Of a stretch of DNA of 64,000 bases, positions 19,617 through 30,205 are shown piece by piece. The notes below the pieces were generated by a model. The model was not told where the DNA came from. It made no database searches and was given only the letters and a program-made list of their open reading frames with translations. This DNA comes from a bacterium. Lineage in GTDB: Bacteria; SAR324; XYD2-FULL-50-16. Within the stretch, counting starts at the first letter, position 1. Every line of letters begins with the position of its first letter. The stretch spans positions 1 through 64,000 of the forward strand of contig JAVVEA010000018.1 of assembly GCA_032250835.1 (NCBI GenBank). The letters are read 5' to 3'. Both the position numbers and the translations under genes were made by a program.

Positions 19617-20698
19617 ACACAGACTCGGGTGCCTGATTGCGCCCCTGAGGTCATTGAGTTGATTTCAATGCGCCCGCCGTAACGCTCCACAAATTTTGCC
19701 ACCAACGGCAACCCGAATCCCGTGCCGACCTCACCCTCGGTACCCAAACGGCTTGCCGATTTGTTGACGTCAAACAGATGCCGCTGCACCGCTTCGGGGA
19801 TGCCAATCCCCTGGTCGCCGACACACAAACAAATTTCCTGACCCGCTGCTTGGGCCGTGATGGTGACCGAACTACCGGAGGGTGAAAATTTGACCGCATT
19901 GGTCAGCAGATTATTGAGCACCGAGTTGACAAAAGAAATCTCTTCGACCTCTACCCACAGCCCACGGGACACCTCAATCTGCACCTCAATCCGCTTGGCC
20001 TCAAAGCGCCGATCCAGCAGGCTCATCGACCGATCGACCATATCCCGCAGGCAATGAATCTGAGGTTTTAGCGCAATTTTTCCTTCATCTAAGGCGCGCA
20101 TCTGCCGCACCATGCCGATCAGGTCTAGACCATTTTGGGCAGAAGAGACCATCAAGGGCTTAAAAACCGGCAGGTTTTCGGCCAATTCTTCGTCTTCGAT
20201 GCTCAAAAAGCTCATAATCGAAGAAAAGCTATTAGCTAAGTCGTGGCAGAGGATATGTAGCAGTTCCCGGCGTTCATCATTCTGCTCGACAATTTTACGC
20301 TGGCCTAGCGTTCTTTCTAGGTGGTTTCGGACCCGAACCAGCAATTCTGTGGCATTAAAGGGCTTGGTGATATAGTCCACCGCGCCTAGCTCCAAGCCGC
20401 GCACAATGTCTTCAGCTTGGACCTTAGCGGTCAAAAAAATCACCGGTATGTCTCGGGTCGCTTCACGGGCCTTTAACTCTCGGCAAGCAGTGAAGCCGTC
20501 CATCTCGGGCATCATCACATCCAAAAGGATCAAATCCGGTTTGAGCTTCTCAGCGAGCACTAAGGCCTGCTTACCTGTTTGGGCTACACTGACCTGTAGC
20601 TTTGCGTTACGCAGTACCGAACCGAGCACCTGTATATTTTGCAGCGTATCGTCCACAATCAAGACCAGGGACCCTTCTATCGCTATGACTCCGTTCAT
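19589..20698 (-). CDS. REC-HisKA-HATPase hybrid kinase
   Basis: LDVMMPEMDG, CHDLAN, NLLTNAVKFS, DQGIG, GTGFGL. Confidence 0.92.
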   Translation of the reverse strand: MNGVIAIEGSLVLIVDDTLQNIQVLGSVLRNAKLQVSVAQTGKQALVLAEKLKPDLILLDVMMPEMDGFTACRELKAREATRDIPVIFLTAKVQAEDIVRGLELGAVDYITKPFNATELLVRVRNHLERTLGQRKIVEQNDERRELLHILCHDLANSFSSIMSFLSIEDEELAENLPVFKPLMVSSAQNGLDLIGMVRQMRALDEGKIALKPQIHCLRDMVDRSMSLLDRRFEAKRIEVQIEVSRGLWVEVEEISFVNSVLNNLLTNAVKFSPSGSSVTITAQAAGQEICLCVGDQGIGIPEAVQRHLFDVNKSASRLGTEGEVGTGFGLPLVAKFVERYGGRIEINSMTSGAQSGTRVCVYLPAAVKG

Positions 20699-21708
20699 TC
20701 TGGCTCCCGGATAGGTGCCACCTCAATCCGGTTGCGGCCATTTTGCTTGGCACGGTAGAGCGCTTGGTCCGCCTCTTCGATCAGACGGTCGGCCTCGCCT
20801 GGCACCCCTTTGGGCCAAAGATCGGCTACGCCCATACTCAGGGTGACCCGCTGGGTGTTGCTGCCGGTGTCTTCATGGGGAATATCCAGCTCGATCAAGC
20901 GCTGGGCAACTTCTTCGGCAATCCGCAACCCTTCTCGGATGGTGGCGTGAGGCAACAGCACCAAGAACTCCTCGCCGCCATAGCGGGCCACCATATCGAT
21001 AGGGCGCTTCTTAGCCGAGCGGATCGCCTCGCTTACCTTAACCAAACACTGATCGCCCTGCTGGTGGCCGTAGTGGTCGTTGTAGCGTTTGAAGTGGTCT
21101 ACATCGCACATGATCGCCGCCAAGGGAGACTGGTCGGCGGCTAAGCGGTCCAGCATCTCGCCTATATATTCATTCATCCCCCGCCGGTTGCTGATCTGGC
21201 AAAGGTCGTCCAGGTTTACCTTTTCTTCTAGTTCCTTTTCGTAGCGGATCAGTTCGTCTTCAAAGCGCCTGCGTTCGACCAATTCCTGATTGAGGTGACG
21301 GTTATCGCGTTTTAGGGCCTCTTTGGCAAACTTAAGTTCCAAGTGGTTGCGGATGCGCATCATCAGCTCCACCTCTTTAAAAGGTTTAGACACGTAGTCC
21401 ACCCCGCCGGCGTCAAAACCCTTAACAATCGAATCTGTATCGTGCAGCGCCGTCAAAAAGATCACCGGAATTTCTGCAGTGCGCGGCCCCATTTTCAGCT
21501 GCCGGCAGGTCTCAATGCCGTCCATATCGGGCATCATGATGTCCAACAAGATCAGGTCGGGCGATTGGGCGCGCGCCAAGTCTAGGGCCTCTGCGCCAGA
21601 TTGGGCCGAAAGGTAGCGGTAGCCCTGCATCTCCAACAAACGGCTCAACAGCTGTAAGTTGATCGGCATATCGTCGACAATTAAGATTAGAGCTTCAGGT
21701 TCGATCAT
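20695..21708 (-). CDS. REC-GGDEF diguanylate cyclase response regulator
   Basis: LDIMMPDMDG; DVDHFKRYND, RPID I-site, RYGGEEF, ADQALYRAK. Confidence 0.94.
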   Translation of the reverse strand: MIEPEALILIVDDMPINLQLLSRLLEMQGYRYLSAQSGAEALDLARAQSPDLILLDIMMPDMDGIETCRQLKMGPRTAEIPVIFLTALHDTDSIVKGFDAGGVDYVSKPFKEVELMMRIRNHLELKFAKEALKRDNRHLNQELVERRRFEDELIRYEKELEEKVNLDDLCQISNRRGMNEYIGEMLDRLAADQSPLAAIMCDVDHFKRYNDHYGHQQGDQCLVKVSEAIRSAKKRPIDMVARYGGEEFLVLLPHATIREGLRIAEEVAQRLIELDIPHEDTGSNTQRVTLSMGVADLWPKGVPGEADRLIEEADQALYRAKQNGRNRIEVAPIREPE

Positions 21709-21714
21709 TCATTC

Positions 21715-24561
21715 CTACCGGATCAATTCTCTTATATTTTTCACCCACTGAGGAAACTCTTCCAACATTTTTGGCAAGCGCTGCAAATCAAATAATTGAG
21801 CCGCCACCTCCAATTGTTGCCCCCATTCGCTCAAGCCGCTACAACCGGCCGCTTCACCCAATTCGGCTACCCCTCGGGCAAAGTCTTCAACTTGGTTGAT
21901 CACGCTTAAGTCGCGTACCGCTTCGAAGCGCCCCATAAACTCCCCTTCTAGCTGCTGGGCCAGCCACTCGGCCTGTTGCGGGTTGCTGAGCAATCCAGCG
22001 GCCTGGGGCTTGGGCGCTACCCGAGCCGCAGCCCCACGATCCGGCTCCAGGGCCTCTAATTCCACATAATCCAGATAACCCATCAGCTGAAAGAAGAGAG
22101 CTTGCTTAGAAAGCGGCTTGTGTAAATAGTCACTAAAGTGCTTTCGGATCTGTTCTTCTGTTGAACGCATTACCGAAGCGGTCACACAGATAACCGGAAT
22201 ATCCTGGGTGCTCGCGTCTTCTTTGAGTTCTATGGCCGCGCTCATTCCGTCCAAGTGGGGCATTTTATAGTCCATCAGCACCAAGTCGGGCAATTGTTCT
22301 TTACAGATAGTTACCGCTTCTTGGCCATTGTTGGCTTCAAAAAAGGTGATCGGTTGGCCTTCTAAAAAGCCTCGGATCAAGTCTCGATTCACCTTAATGT
22401 CGTCTGCAATCAGGATTTTAGCCGGTTCAAATCGGATTTCTTCAAGCCCCTCAACCTCCTGTGAGGTTTGCAGTTCCGCTTCTTCAGCGATGACCACCCG
22501 GGGCAACATGACGTAAAAATCACAACCCCGGCCCCGGTCGCTTTCAACCCAAATCCGTCCCCCCATCAACCGAACCAACCGCCGGCAGATGGCGAGCCCC
22601 AAGCCGGTGCCCCCAAACTTGGCGTGACTTTGGCCGGGTTGCTGTTCAAAGGCTCCGAAGACGGTCTCGCAGTGTTCCTTGGCAATCCCCTGGCCCGTAT
22701 CGGCCACCAAAATCTTAAGGTCCACCTGGCCTTCGGCTTTACCGGTTACCTCGACAGCGATCCGGATCTCGCCTGCCTCAGTGAATTTGATGGCGTTGCC
22801 CACCAAGTTCAATAACAGCTGGCGGATTCGTCCCTCGTCTAGCAACAAAGCAGGCGGCAACGCGGGATCTAGCTCGTAGGAAAACTCCAACCCCTTCTCT
22901 GCAACCTTGTGAGCGAAGAGTTGCTTGAGGTCCTCGATCACCTGCCCCAAACTAACCGCCGAATGAACCAAGTTCAGCTTCCCAGCCTCAACCTTCGATA
23001 GGTCTAATATATCGCTGATCAATTCCAATAGTGCCTTGCCTGCTTTGGTGATGCTCTGTAGGTAGGCCCGATTGTGCGGGTCTGTGACCCGACGGCTCAA
23101 GATTTCCGAAAAGCCCAGAATTGCGTTCATGGGGGTGCGGATTTCGTGGCTCATGTTGGCCAAAAACTCTGATTTAGCTTGAGTCGCTTCTTCGGCCTTT
23201 TCCTTGGCCCGGATCAATTCTATTTCCTGGGCCTCGCGTTGCAGCCAAATATTGATGGCCATAAAGATCACCGCACCTAGCCCTAATACCAACACCCCAA
23301 AGAAGATGAAGGTTTTTAGGCGCAGTTGCAACACTTGGTGGTCCAAATAGGCTTGCGGAACCCAAGCGATTAAAACCAGTCCTTTCGCCCCCCCGGTTTT
23401 CGCAGTGTGTTGGGCTTCTAAACCCATATAACGCTGGTAGGCGAGATCATAGTCTAGGCGGTCCACAAAAAACCAACCCTCGGCGGTTTCGATAAACTGC
23501 TGGTGAGCTCCATGGGAAAAAAGTTCGCGGGAAGCCTCAGGAAAGGGCTCGGCAAAATCCTGGCGGATGCTGAGCGCGTGGTCCGCCTTGTTCAACTCGA
23601 TTTCATTATTGCCTGGGGCCCTTAAAATCAGCTGATTTCGCTCGTCGAGCAGGATCAACTCCCCGACGCTTTGCTTTTGGAGTTGGTTAATCCCATGCAC
23701 CAACCGGTTGGCCAGAAAATCAACCAGCAATACGCCCAAAAACCGGTCCCCCTCCCCCACGGCACTACGCCCGACCCGGATTGCATAATAAGAACCCTCT
23801 TCGTTTTTTCGTTGGAATTCTTTCAGCGAAGAAACATAAACCGCCGGGGCCTTGAGCTTGCGGATTTCTTGGAACGTCGCGTCCTGCGATAAATTGAGTA
23901 GCTCTTGAGGACTTCTCAACCGAGGAAGGTTATCTACATAGTCGATATGCAGCTTTTCTTGGCCCTGGGGATCAATGAAGCTCAGTTTTCCATAGCGGCG
24001 CGTGGCCGACAAAAAGGTGGAAAAGTCGCCAGATAGATAGGGGTATAACCCCTCATTGGTATCCTTAAAGACCTCAAAATGGCTGCTAAGATAGCTAATA
24101 TCCGCAAAGGTCATGTCTATCTGATGGCGCAGATTACGCAGTTGGATTTCGTGGATTCTTTGGGTAGAGGTCTTCAATCCCTTTTGGACCTCTTCGAGTG
24201 CGCTGCGATAGTATCCCCCCATGACCAACGCCACCACCAGGACCACCAAACCAAAGGGCGGAAGGAAAAGCTTGGTCATCCGTAGCCCATAATTGGCCAC
24301 CTCGGCGCTGCCGATGTCAGGCATCTCTAGCAAGACACTGCTGCGGTCTTTTTTGACCACCAAGAAATAGGCGATAGGGGTCACCACCAAGGCCAGCAGA
24401 CTAGAATCCAGCAGGGCCTCTAAAAGAGGGGTGCGGAACTCGCCGAACAGGGGGATGAATAACATGATCGCCATTTCGATGCTAAAGACCAACAGGCCAA
24501 GCTTGAGCATCATGGGGAGCAGATGATTCGCTAGATCACGAACGTTTTTTTCCAGCGACAT
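21715..24561 (-). CDS. Membrane hybrid sensor kinase (TMs, Cache-like periplasmic domain, HisKA-HATPase-REC-helical tail)
   Basis: [38 protein letters not shown]. Confidence 0.93.
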   Translation of the reverse strand: MSLEKNVRDLANHLLPMMLKLGLLVFSIEMAIMLFIPLFGEFRTPLLEALLDSSLLALVVTPIAYFLVVKKDRSSVLLEMPDIGSAEVANYGLRMTKLFLPPFGLVVLVVALVMGGYYRSALEEVQKGLKTSTQRIHEIQLRNLRHQIDMTFADISYLSSHFEVFKDTNEGLYPYLSGDFSTFLSATRRYGKLSFIDPQGQEKLHIDYVDNLPRLRSPQELLNLSQDATFQEIRKLKAPAVYVSSLKEFQRKNEEGSYYAIRVGRSAVGEGDRFLGVLLVDFLANRLVHGINQLQKQSVGELILLDERNQLILRAPGNNEIELNKADHALSIRQDFAEPFPEASRELFSHGAHQQFIETAEGWFFVDRLDYDLAYQRYMGLEAQHTAKTGGAKGLVLIAWVPQAYLDHQVLQLRLKTFIFFGVLVLGLGAVIFMAINIWLQREAQEIELIRAKEKAEEATQAKSEFLANMSHEIRTPMNAILGFSEILSRRVTDPHNRAYLQSITKAGKALLELISDILDLSKVEAGKLNLVHSAVSLGQVIEDLKQLFAHKVAEKGLEFSYELDPALPPALLLDEGRIRQLLLNLVGNAIKFTEAGEIRIAVEVTGKAEGQVDLKILVADTGQGIAKEHCETVFGAFEQQPGQSHAKFGGTGLGLAICRRLVRLMGGRIWVESDRGRGCDFYVMLPRVVIAEEAELQTSQEVEGLEEIRFEPAKILIADDIKVNRDLIRGFLEGQPITFFEANNGQEAVTICKEQLPDLVLMDYKMPHLDGMSAAIELKEDASTQDIPVICVTASVMRSTEEQIRKHFSDYLHKPLSKQALFFQLMGYLDYVELEALEPDRGAAARVAPKPQAAGLLSNPQQAEWLAQQLEGEFMGRFEAVRDLSVINQVEDFARGVAELGEAAGCSGLSEWGQQLEVAAQLFDLQRLPKMLEEFPQWVKNIRELIR

Positions 24562-24741
24562 GCCGATACCAGAGGGGGGTTCTCGGTTAGAGGAGGGTCC
24601 ATACTATCAAAGGACCTGACGCTTGTCCATTTGCCAAGTATCGCTGGACTCAATTTATTCCATGGCCAAACCGTTTCTCTGCTTTACCAAAAGGCCTTGG
24701 GGGCTTCAGAGTAGAGTCCGTACCCTCCCATAGATCTATTT

Positions 24742-26100
24742 ATGCAAGCCCGACTCACTACCGGCCCCGTCTTACCCAGTTTGCTTAAAATGGCGGCCCC
24801 CATGAGCCTGGGGATTGTGGCGATGATCGCCTTCAATCTGGCCGATACTTGGTTTATTGCCCAATTAGGCCCGGTGCCGCTAGCGGCGGTGAGCTTTACC
24901 TTCCCGGTGGTTTTCAGTTTCGCCAGCCTAGCCATGGGCCTAGGTCAAGGCACCACCTCGGTGATCAGCCGCGCCATCGGTGAGTCGGACCCCGAAAAGG
25001 TGCGGCGGCTGACTACCGACGCCTTGCTGCTGGCGCTAATGGTGGTCGGGGCCAGCATGCTGTTGGGTTACGCAACCCTGGGGCCCCTGTTCCGTTTGCT
25101 CGGAGCCAACGAAAAGATCCGCCCCTTGGTGTTGCAATACATGCATATTTGGTATGGGGGCCTCTTTTTCACCATTGTGCCCATGGTTGGCAACAGCGCC
25201 ATCCGCGCCAGCGGCGACATGAAATATCCGGCTTTGATCATGACCCTAGCGGCCTTGGGTAACGTGGTCTTAGACCCCATCCTGATCTTCGGGCTCTTTG
25301 GTTTTCCTCCCCTGGGCTTAGCTGGCGCAGCCTGGGCCACACTGATTTCCAGGGCGGCCACGCTGGTCGCCTCGGTCAGTCTGTTGCATTTTAAGTATGG
25401 CATGCTCGATTGGAGTCGGCCCAACCTGGACCGCCTTTGGACCAGTTGGAAGCCTATACTCAAGGTGGGGCTTCCCGCAGCGGGTTCAAACCTGCTACAG
25501 CCCTTAAGTATCGGCGTGATCACGGCGCTAGTGGCCCATGAAGGGGTGGGGGCCGTGGCCGGATATGGGATCGCCGGGCGCATCGAGGCCTTGGCCCTGG
25601 TCCCTTTAATGGGTCTGGGCGCAGCCTTAGGGCCCTTTGCGGGACAAAATTGGGGGGCCAACCAGCGCGGTCGGGTCGCCCAAGGGGTCTATCTCGGGTT
25701 TGGGATCGCTCTGGTTTGGGGTTTGGTTTGGGGCTTGGTGGGCTTTTCTGCGGGCCCTTGGCTGGTCCGGTTATTTCAGAGTGACCCGGCGGTGGTCTCC
25801 GTGGGGGCCCAGTATTTGGCCTTGGTCCCCTTCGGGATGGGATTTTTTGGGGTCAGGGCGCTGACGGCCAGCTATTTTAATGCTCTCGGCCGACCTTTGG
25901 CCCCCACGCTGTTGGTGGGGATCCAATTTTTGGTCTTGCAACTTCCCTTGGCCTTTTTGCTCCAAAGCAGCTTTGGCCTGATCGGGTTGTTCGGTTCGAC
26001 CCTGATCGCCTACGTAGGCACGGGTACACTCGCGGCCCTTTGGACGCGGCGTTCGCTTAACTTGGCCCTGAGCCAATCTCAACCTGGAGTCACCTCATGA
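24742..26100 (+). CDS. MATE family efflux transporter
   Basis: About 12 TM; NLADTWFI, NVVLDPILIFG, GLAGAAWAT, GQNWGA. Confidence 0.93.
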   Translation: MQARLTTGPVLPSLLKMAAPMSLGIVAMIAFNLADTWFIAQLGPVPLAAVSFTFPVVFSFASLAMGLGQGTTSVISRAIGESDPEKVRRLTTDALLLALMVVGASMLLGYATLGPLFRLLGANEKIRPLVLQYMHIWYGGLFFTIVPMVGNSAIRASGDMKYPALIMTLAALGNVVLDPILIFGLFGFPPLGLAGAAWATLISRAATLVASVSLLHFKYGMLDWSRPNLDRLWTSWKPILKVGLPAAGSNLLQPLSIGVITALVAHEGVGAVAGYGIAGRIEALALVPLMGLGAALGPFAGQNWGANQRGRVAQGVYLGFGIALVWGLVWGLVGFSAGPWLVRLFQSDPAVVSVGAQYLALVPFGMGFFGVRALTASYFNALGRPLAPTLLVGIQFLVLQLPLAFLLQSSFGLIGLFGSTLIAYVGTGTLAALWTRRSLNLALSQSQPGVTS

Positions 26101-26564
26101 AGACCCTGACTTGGACCCTCTTTGCCTTATTTTTAACCCTACCCGCCCAAGCGTTAGAACCGCCGCAATCAGTCGGCAGTTGGCACCTGGGCGGCTTGGT
26201 GATGCGCAAATATGCCACCGTGCGCGCCATCAAGGACCCCAAGGTAGAAGGGGTGATTTGCCACTACCTCTTTGTAGATAAAAAGTTATCCTTTGAAGAC
26301 CCCTCGGACGCGGCTATAGCTTGCCGCCGTTCCGGTCCAATCCGCTTTTTGGAGCCTTTGGACCTAAGCGACGAAGGGGAGGTGATCAGCCAGGAAGGAC
26401 GCGATCTTTTCTTTAAAACCTTCCGCATCCGCCGCTTGGTAGACCCAAAAAATCGCACCTTGGTCTACGCCACCTATACCCAAGAATTGATTGATGGTTC
26501 CAATAAAGTGTCTTTAAGCACCGTGGTATTAGACCCAAGCGAGGCATTGCCGCAGTCCAAATAA
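26097..26564 (+). CDS. creA: CreA family exported protein
   Basis: DPKVEGVICH, EDPSDAAIACR..GPI, FKT...R..D....TLVY, IDGS.K.SLS. Confidence 0.85.
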   Translation: MKTLTWTLFALFLTLPAQALEPPQSVGSWHLGGLVMRKYATVRAIKDPKVEGVICHYLFVDKKLSFEDPSDAAIACRRSGPIRFLEPLDLSDEGEVISQEGRDLFFKTFRIRRLVDPKNRTLVYATYTQELIDGSNKVSLSTVVLDPSEALPQSK

Positions 26565-26641
26565 ACGCTTGGGGCTTCGGATTTCCTATGTTAACGTTAG
26601 GTTATGGCTGTTGTCTTTGTGATTAACTCTGGAGCACCCTA

Positions 26642-28594
26642 ATGCCGCGTATCATGCTCGTCGATGACGACCCCAACATCCACCTAATTTACCAAAAGCA
26701 ATTTGAGGCGGAATTTGCGCCGGGCACCTACCAATTGATCCATTGCGACAACGGGGAAGAGGCGCTGGCTCAGCTAGAGCAGCAGCCCGTTGAGTTGCTG
26801 TTGACCGACCTACACATGCCGGTCATGGACGGTTTGCAATTACTCAAAAAGGTCCGTCTGAGTTATCCCGAAACACTCACCCTGGTGGTATCGGGCTTTG
26901 ATGAGATGGACAACCTGCGCGCGGCCATGAACGCGGGAGCCTTCGACTTTCTGACCAAACCCGTCGACTTTGCCGATCTGGCCCTGACCGTGCGGCGCGC
27001 TCTTGAGGCCCACAAAGAGCGGCACCAGATGGTGTTTGAGAAGAGCCGGGCCGAAGCGGGCCTCAAACGGTTCGCCAAAACCCTGGACCTCAGCCGAAAC
27101 GGCCTTTTCCTGGCCACCCCAGAAGGCTATCAAGTCATTTACGCCAACCGAGGCGGGCTCGATATGCTGGGTCTGAGCGCAGAAGTAGCCTTAAAGACCG
27201 ATCTATTCGGCCTTTTAAAGGGGCTCTCGCGCAGTTGGTTGACCGAACAGCTCAAAGCGCTCAGCTCCGGGCGTCTGCCCAAAGCTGAGTTTGAATGGAC
27301 CCCGCCGGGCGGGCCCCCAATCGAAGGGACCTTGCAGTTTGTTCAACTAGGACCCAAGGAAGGTCGTTTTCTGATCAACCTGTTAGACATCTCAAAACGC
27401 CAAGCCTTTAAATCCCAGCACCAAATGCTTGCCAAGGCGGTAGAGCAGGTAGGTGATTTGGTCCTGATCACCGATAAAGAGGGGCATATCCTCTATGTAA
27501 ACCCCGCCTTTGAGCAGACCACCGGCTACAGCGCGGCTGAGGTAATCGGCAAGACGCCGAGCCTGCTAAAAAGCGGAAGACACTCCGCAGAGTTTTACGA
27601 TGAAATATGGAAAACCCTGCTTTCGGGGGCTTCTTGGCAAGGCGAGTTTATCGACAAGAAAAAAAACGGAAAATTCTTTTGGGCCGAGGCGACCCTCTCG
27701 CCGGTGACCGATGAAAAGGGCGAAATCCAGCAGTTCTTCAGCGTCAGCCGCGACAAAACCCAGGAGCGCAAGGTACAAGCCCAGATGCTGCAATCCCAAA
27801 AGATGGAAAGCATCGGCACCTTAGCCGGCGGAATCGCCCACGAGATCAACAACCCCATCGGCTTTGTCTATTCTAACGTCAACAGCCTACAAGGCTATTT
27901 AGCCGACTTTTTGGGCCTGCTGAAACTTTACCACGACCTAGAAGTCTTCATCGAGCCGAGCGACGAAAAGACCAAGGCCTTGCTGCGCGAAATAGAAGCC
28001 CGGAAAAAGAAAATCGACCTAGACTTCCTGATCAGCGACCTGCCGGGCCTCGTTAAAGACACCCTCGACGGGGCCGAGCGGGTCAAGGGGATCGTCAGCA
28101 ACCTACGCGAATTCAGCCACACAGGCTCCGGGCAAATGACCCGCAGCGACCTCAACGAAGGGATCAAAAAGACCCTAAGACTACTCTCTAACGAGCTGAA
28201 ATACAAAACCGACCTCCACTTAGACTTAGGTAAGCTGGAGCCGGTTCTCTGTTACCCCCAAGAGATCAATCAGGTTTTTTTGAACTTGATCCTCAATGCC
28301 ATACAAGCCATTGAAGACCATGGTAAACTCACCATCCGCAGTTCACAAGATGGCGACTGGGCGGTGATCAAGATCAAAGACACGGGCTGTGGCATTGCCG
28401 AAGAGAACCTCCCGCGTCTCTTTGAGCCCTTTTATACCACCAAAGGCGTGGGCCAAGGGACCGGCCTGGGGCTTTCGGTTTCTTATAATATCGTCAAAAA
28501 ACACAAGGGGAAGATCTTGGTGGAAAGCAAATTGGGTATTGGGACCCAGTTTACGGTCCGGCTCCCGCTGAATCCGGAAAAGGTAGAAAACTAA
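26642..28594 (+). CDS. REC-PAS-PAS-HisKA-HATPase cytoplasmic hybrid kinase
   Basis: TDLHMPVMDG; YVNPAFEQTTGY; GIAHEINNP; FEPFYTTKGVGQGTGLGL. Confidence 0.93.
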   Translation: MPRIMLVDDDPNIHLIYQKQFEAEFAPGTYQLIHCDNGEEALAQLEQQPVELLLTDLHMPVMDGLQLLKKVRLSYPETLTLVVSGFDEMDNLRAAMNAGAFDFLTKPVDFADLALTVRRALEAHKERHQMVFEKSRAEAGLKRFAKTLDLSRNGLFLATPEGYQVIYANRGGLDMLGLSAEVALKTDLFGLLKGLSRSWLTEQLKALSSGRLPKAEFEWTPPGGPPIEGTLQFVQLGPKEGRFLINLLDISKRQAFKSQHQMLAKAVEQVGDLVLITDKEGHILYVNPAFEQTTGYSAAEVIGKTPSLLKSGRHSAEFYDEIWKTLLSGASWQGEFIDKKKNGKFFWAEATLSPVTDEKGEIQQFFSVSRDKTQERKVQAQMLQSQKMESIGTLAGGIAHEINNPIGFVYSNVNSLQGYLADFLGLLKLYHDLEVFIEPSDEKTKALLREIEARKKKIDLDFLISDLPGLVKDTLDGAERVKGIVSNLREFSHTGSGQMTRSDLNEGIKKTLRLLSNELKYKTDLHLDLGKLEPVLCYPQEINQVFLNLILNAIQAIEDHGKLTIRSSQDGDWAVIKIKDTGCGIAEENLPRLFEPFYTTKGVGQGTGLGLSVSYNIVKKHKGKILVESKLGIGTQFTVRLPLNPEKVEN

Positions 28595-28607
28595 TCTTCA
28601 GGTACCT

Positions 28608-29990
28608 ATGGAGCTTTTGAGCCAGCTTAAAACAGAACTTTCCAAGGACCTCAAGGTCTTGGTGGTCGATGACGAACCCCAAATCCTTTCAGCGCTGCGG
28701 CGCGAACTGCGCGGCCAGGACTTTGAGGTCCTCTGCATCGGCGACCCTTTTGATGCGCTTGAAGCAGTGCACAACCAAGAATTTGCGGTCATTCTTTCGG
28801 ACAACATGATGCCCGGCATGACGGGCCTTGAGTTCCTAGCTAAGGCCAAGACCATCGCCCCGGCAACCAAGCGCATTTTACTGACCGGCAAGACCGACCA
28901 AACAGCAGCCATCGACGCCTTCAACCAAGGGGTGATCCACCGATTTTTAGACAAACCCTGGTCCAAGGAACACCTTTTAGCGATCCTCAAAGAGGATTTG
29001 GACAACTACTTGGTCGGCAAGATGGAAAAGCGGCTGGACCAACTGAAAACCCAAACGATCCAACGGCGCACCGACGAGCTAGAGGCCATGCGGCGCGAAT
29101 TAGCCGAGGCCCGCACCGAGCTGGGCCTGGAAAAGGACGGACAGAAGACCTTGGTAATGCCGGGGCCGCTGGCCCAACTCCGCTACTTGATTGTGGACCC
29201 GCACCAGGGCACCGCAGAGGGATTGCAAAAGATCCTCAAGGCCTCGGGCGTAAAGCAGGTGGATGTGGCCACCAACGGCTTAGAGGGGCTGCAAAAGGCG
29301 ACGGCCGAAGACTCTGCTTATGACGTGGTCTTAAGCGAATGGGAATTGGGCAAGATCAGCGGGTTGACGCTGCTGAAGGCGTTGCGCGAACGGACCGAGT
29401 TGCCGGTGCAGCCCTTTTTTATTTTCATCACCAGCTTGGTCAACCGGGCTTCGGTGGAATATGCGCACGTGGCCCACGCCGACGGATACCTACTCAAGCC
29501 CTTTGAGTTAGAGCGGCTGATCCAGCAATTAAGCCTCTTGACCGCCGAGACCGGTCGTCCCCGCCGCACGGTGCACAGCCTCAAACATTTAACGGTCTTA
29601 GTAGCCAACAAAGAGGCGGGCAAACGGCTGTTCATCCAAAAGTGCTTGGGTGATGTGGAGGTAAAAAAATATGTACTCGCCGATTCGGGCAATAAGGCCC
29701 TAAAGCTGTTGATCCATGAAAAAATCGACGTGATCCTCTACGATGCCACCATCACGGATCCTTCTTGGGAGCAGTTGCAGGGCAAGCTAGCCAATATCGG
29801 AGCCGACCATGGCCAGCCCATGGTGATCACCGGATACGACCCGCCGGAGCCCAAGCTCCCAGTTGGCAGCGAAAAAACACTCCCTCCAGATGCCAAGCCT
29901 CAGCTTTTTTTGCCACCGGGCTTTTCCCAAGAAGACTTCAATCGGGCTCTGTTAGCGGCGCTCGAGAAGCTGAGCGGGGATAAGGGCTAG
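28608..29990 (+). CDS. Triple receiver-domain protein (one canonical, two degenerate)
   Basis: REC1 DDE/SDNMMP/KPW; REC2 DPH/SEWE/KPF; REC3 ANK/YDAT without KP. Confidence 0.8.
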   Translation: MELLSQLKTELSKDLKVLVVDDEPQILSALRRELRGQDFEVLCIGDPFDALEAVHNQEFAVILSDNMMPGMTGLEFLAKAKTIAPATKRILLTGKTDQTAAIDAFNQGVIHRFLDKPWSKEHLLAILKEDLDNYLVGKMEKRLDQLKTQTIQRRTDELEAMRRELAEARTELGLEKDGQKTLVMPGPLAQLRYLIVDPHQGTAEGLQKILKASGVKQVDVATNGLEGLQKATAEDSAYDVVLSEWELGKISGLTLLKALRERTELPVQPFFIFITSLVNRASVEYAHVAHADGYLLKPFELERLIQQLSLLTAETGRPRRTVHSLKHLTVLVANKEAGKRLFIQKCLGDVEVKKYVLADSGNKALKLLIHEKIDVILYDATITDPSWEQLQGKLANIGADHGQPMVITGYDPPEPKLPVGSEKTLPPDAKPQLFLPPGFSQEDFNRALLAALEKLSGDKG

Positions 29991-30090
29991 CGTGCTTTGT
30001 TGCCATAGCTCTCAAGCCAAATGAGCCCCATTGGGTCACTCGCAACGACCCGCAGAAAAAAGCCACAGCATAAGACTTAAGAGCTTCTAA

Positions 30091-30126
30091 TTCCCTAGCC
30101 CTCTCCAATCGGACTGGGCTAGGGAA
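30091..30126. other. Perfect 11-bp stem hairpin at left edge of Fic islet
   Basis: TTCCCTAGCCC ... GGGCTAGGGAA. Confidence 0.6.
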
Positions 30127-30144
30127 ATGGTTCTTGAATTCACC

Positions 30145-30195
30145 CTATTTTAGGAATACTCTTAAACTTAAAATAACAAGCTCCACTATTTTAGG
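30145..30195 (+). promoter_or_regulatory. Repeated operator-like motif upstream of fic
   Basis: CTATTTTAGG at 30145 and 30186; near-inverse CTTAAAATAA at 30167. Confidence 0.45.
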
Positions 30196-30205
30196 TTAGG
30201 TCGGG

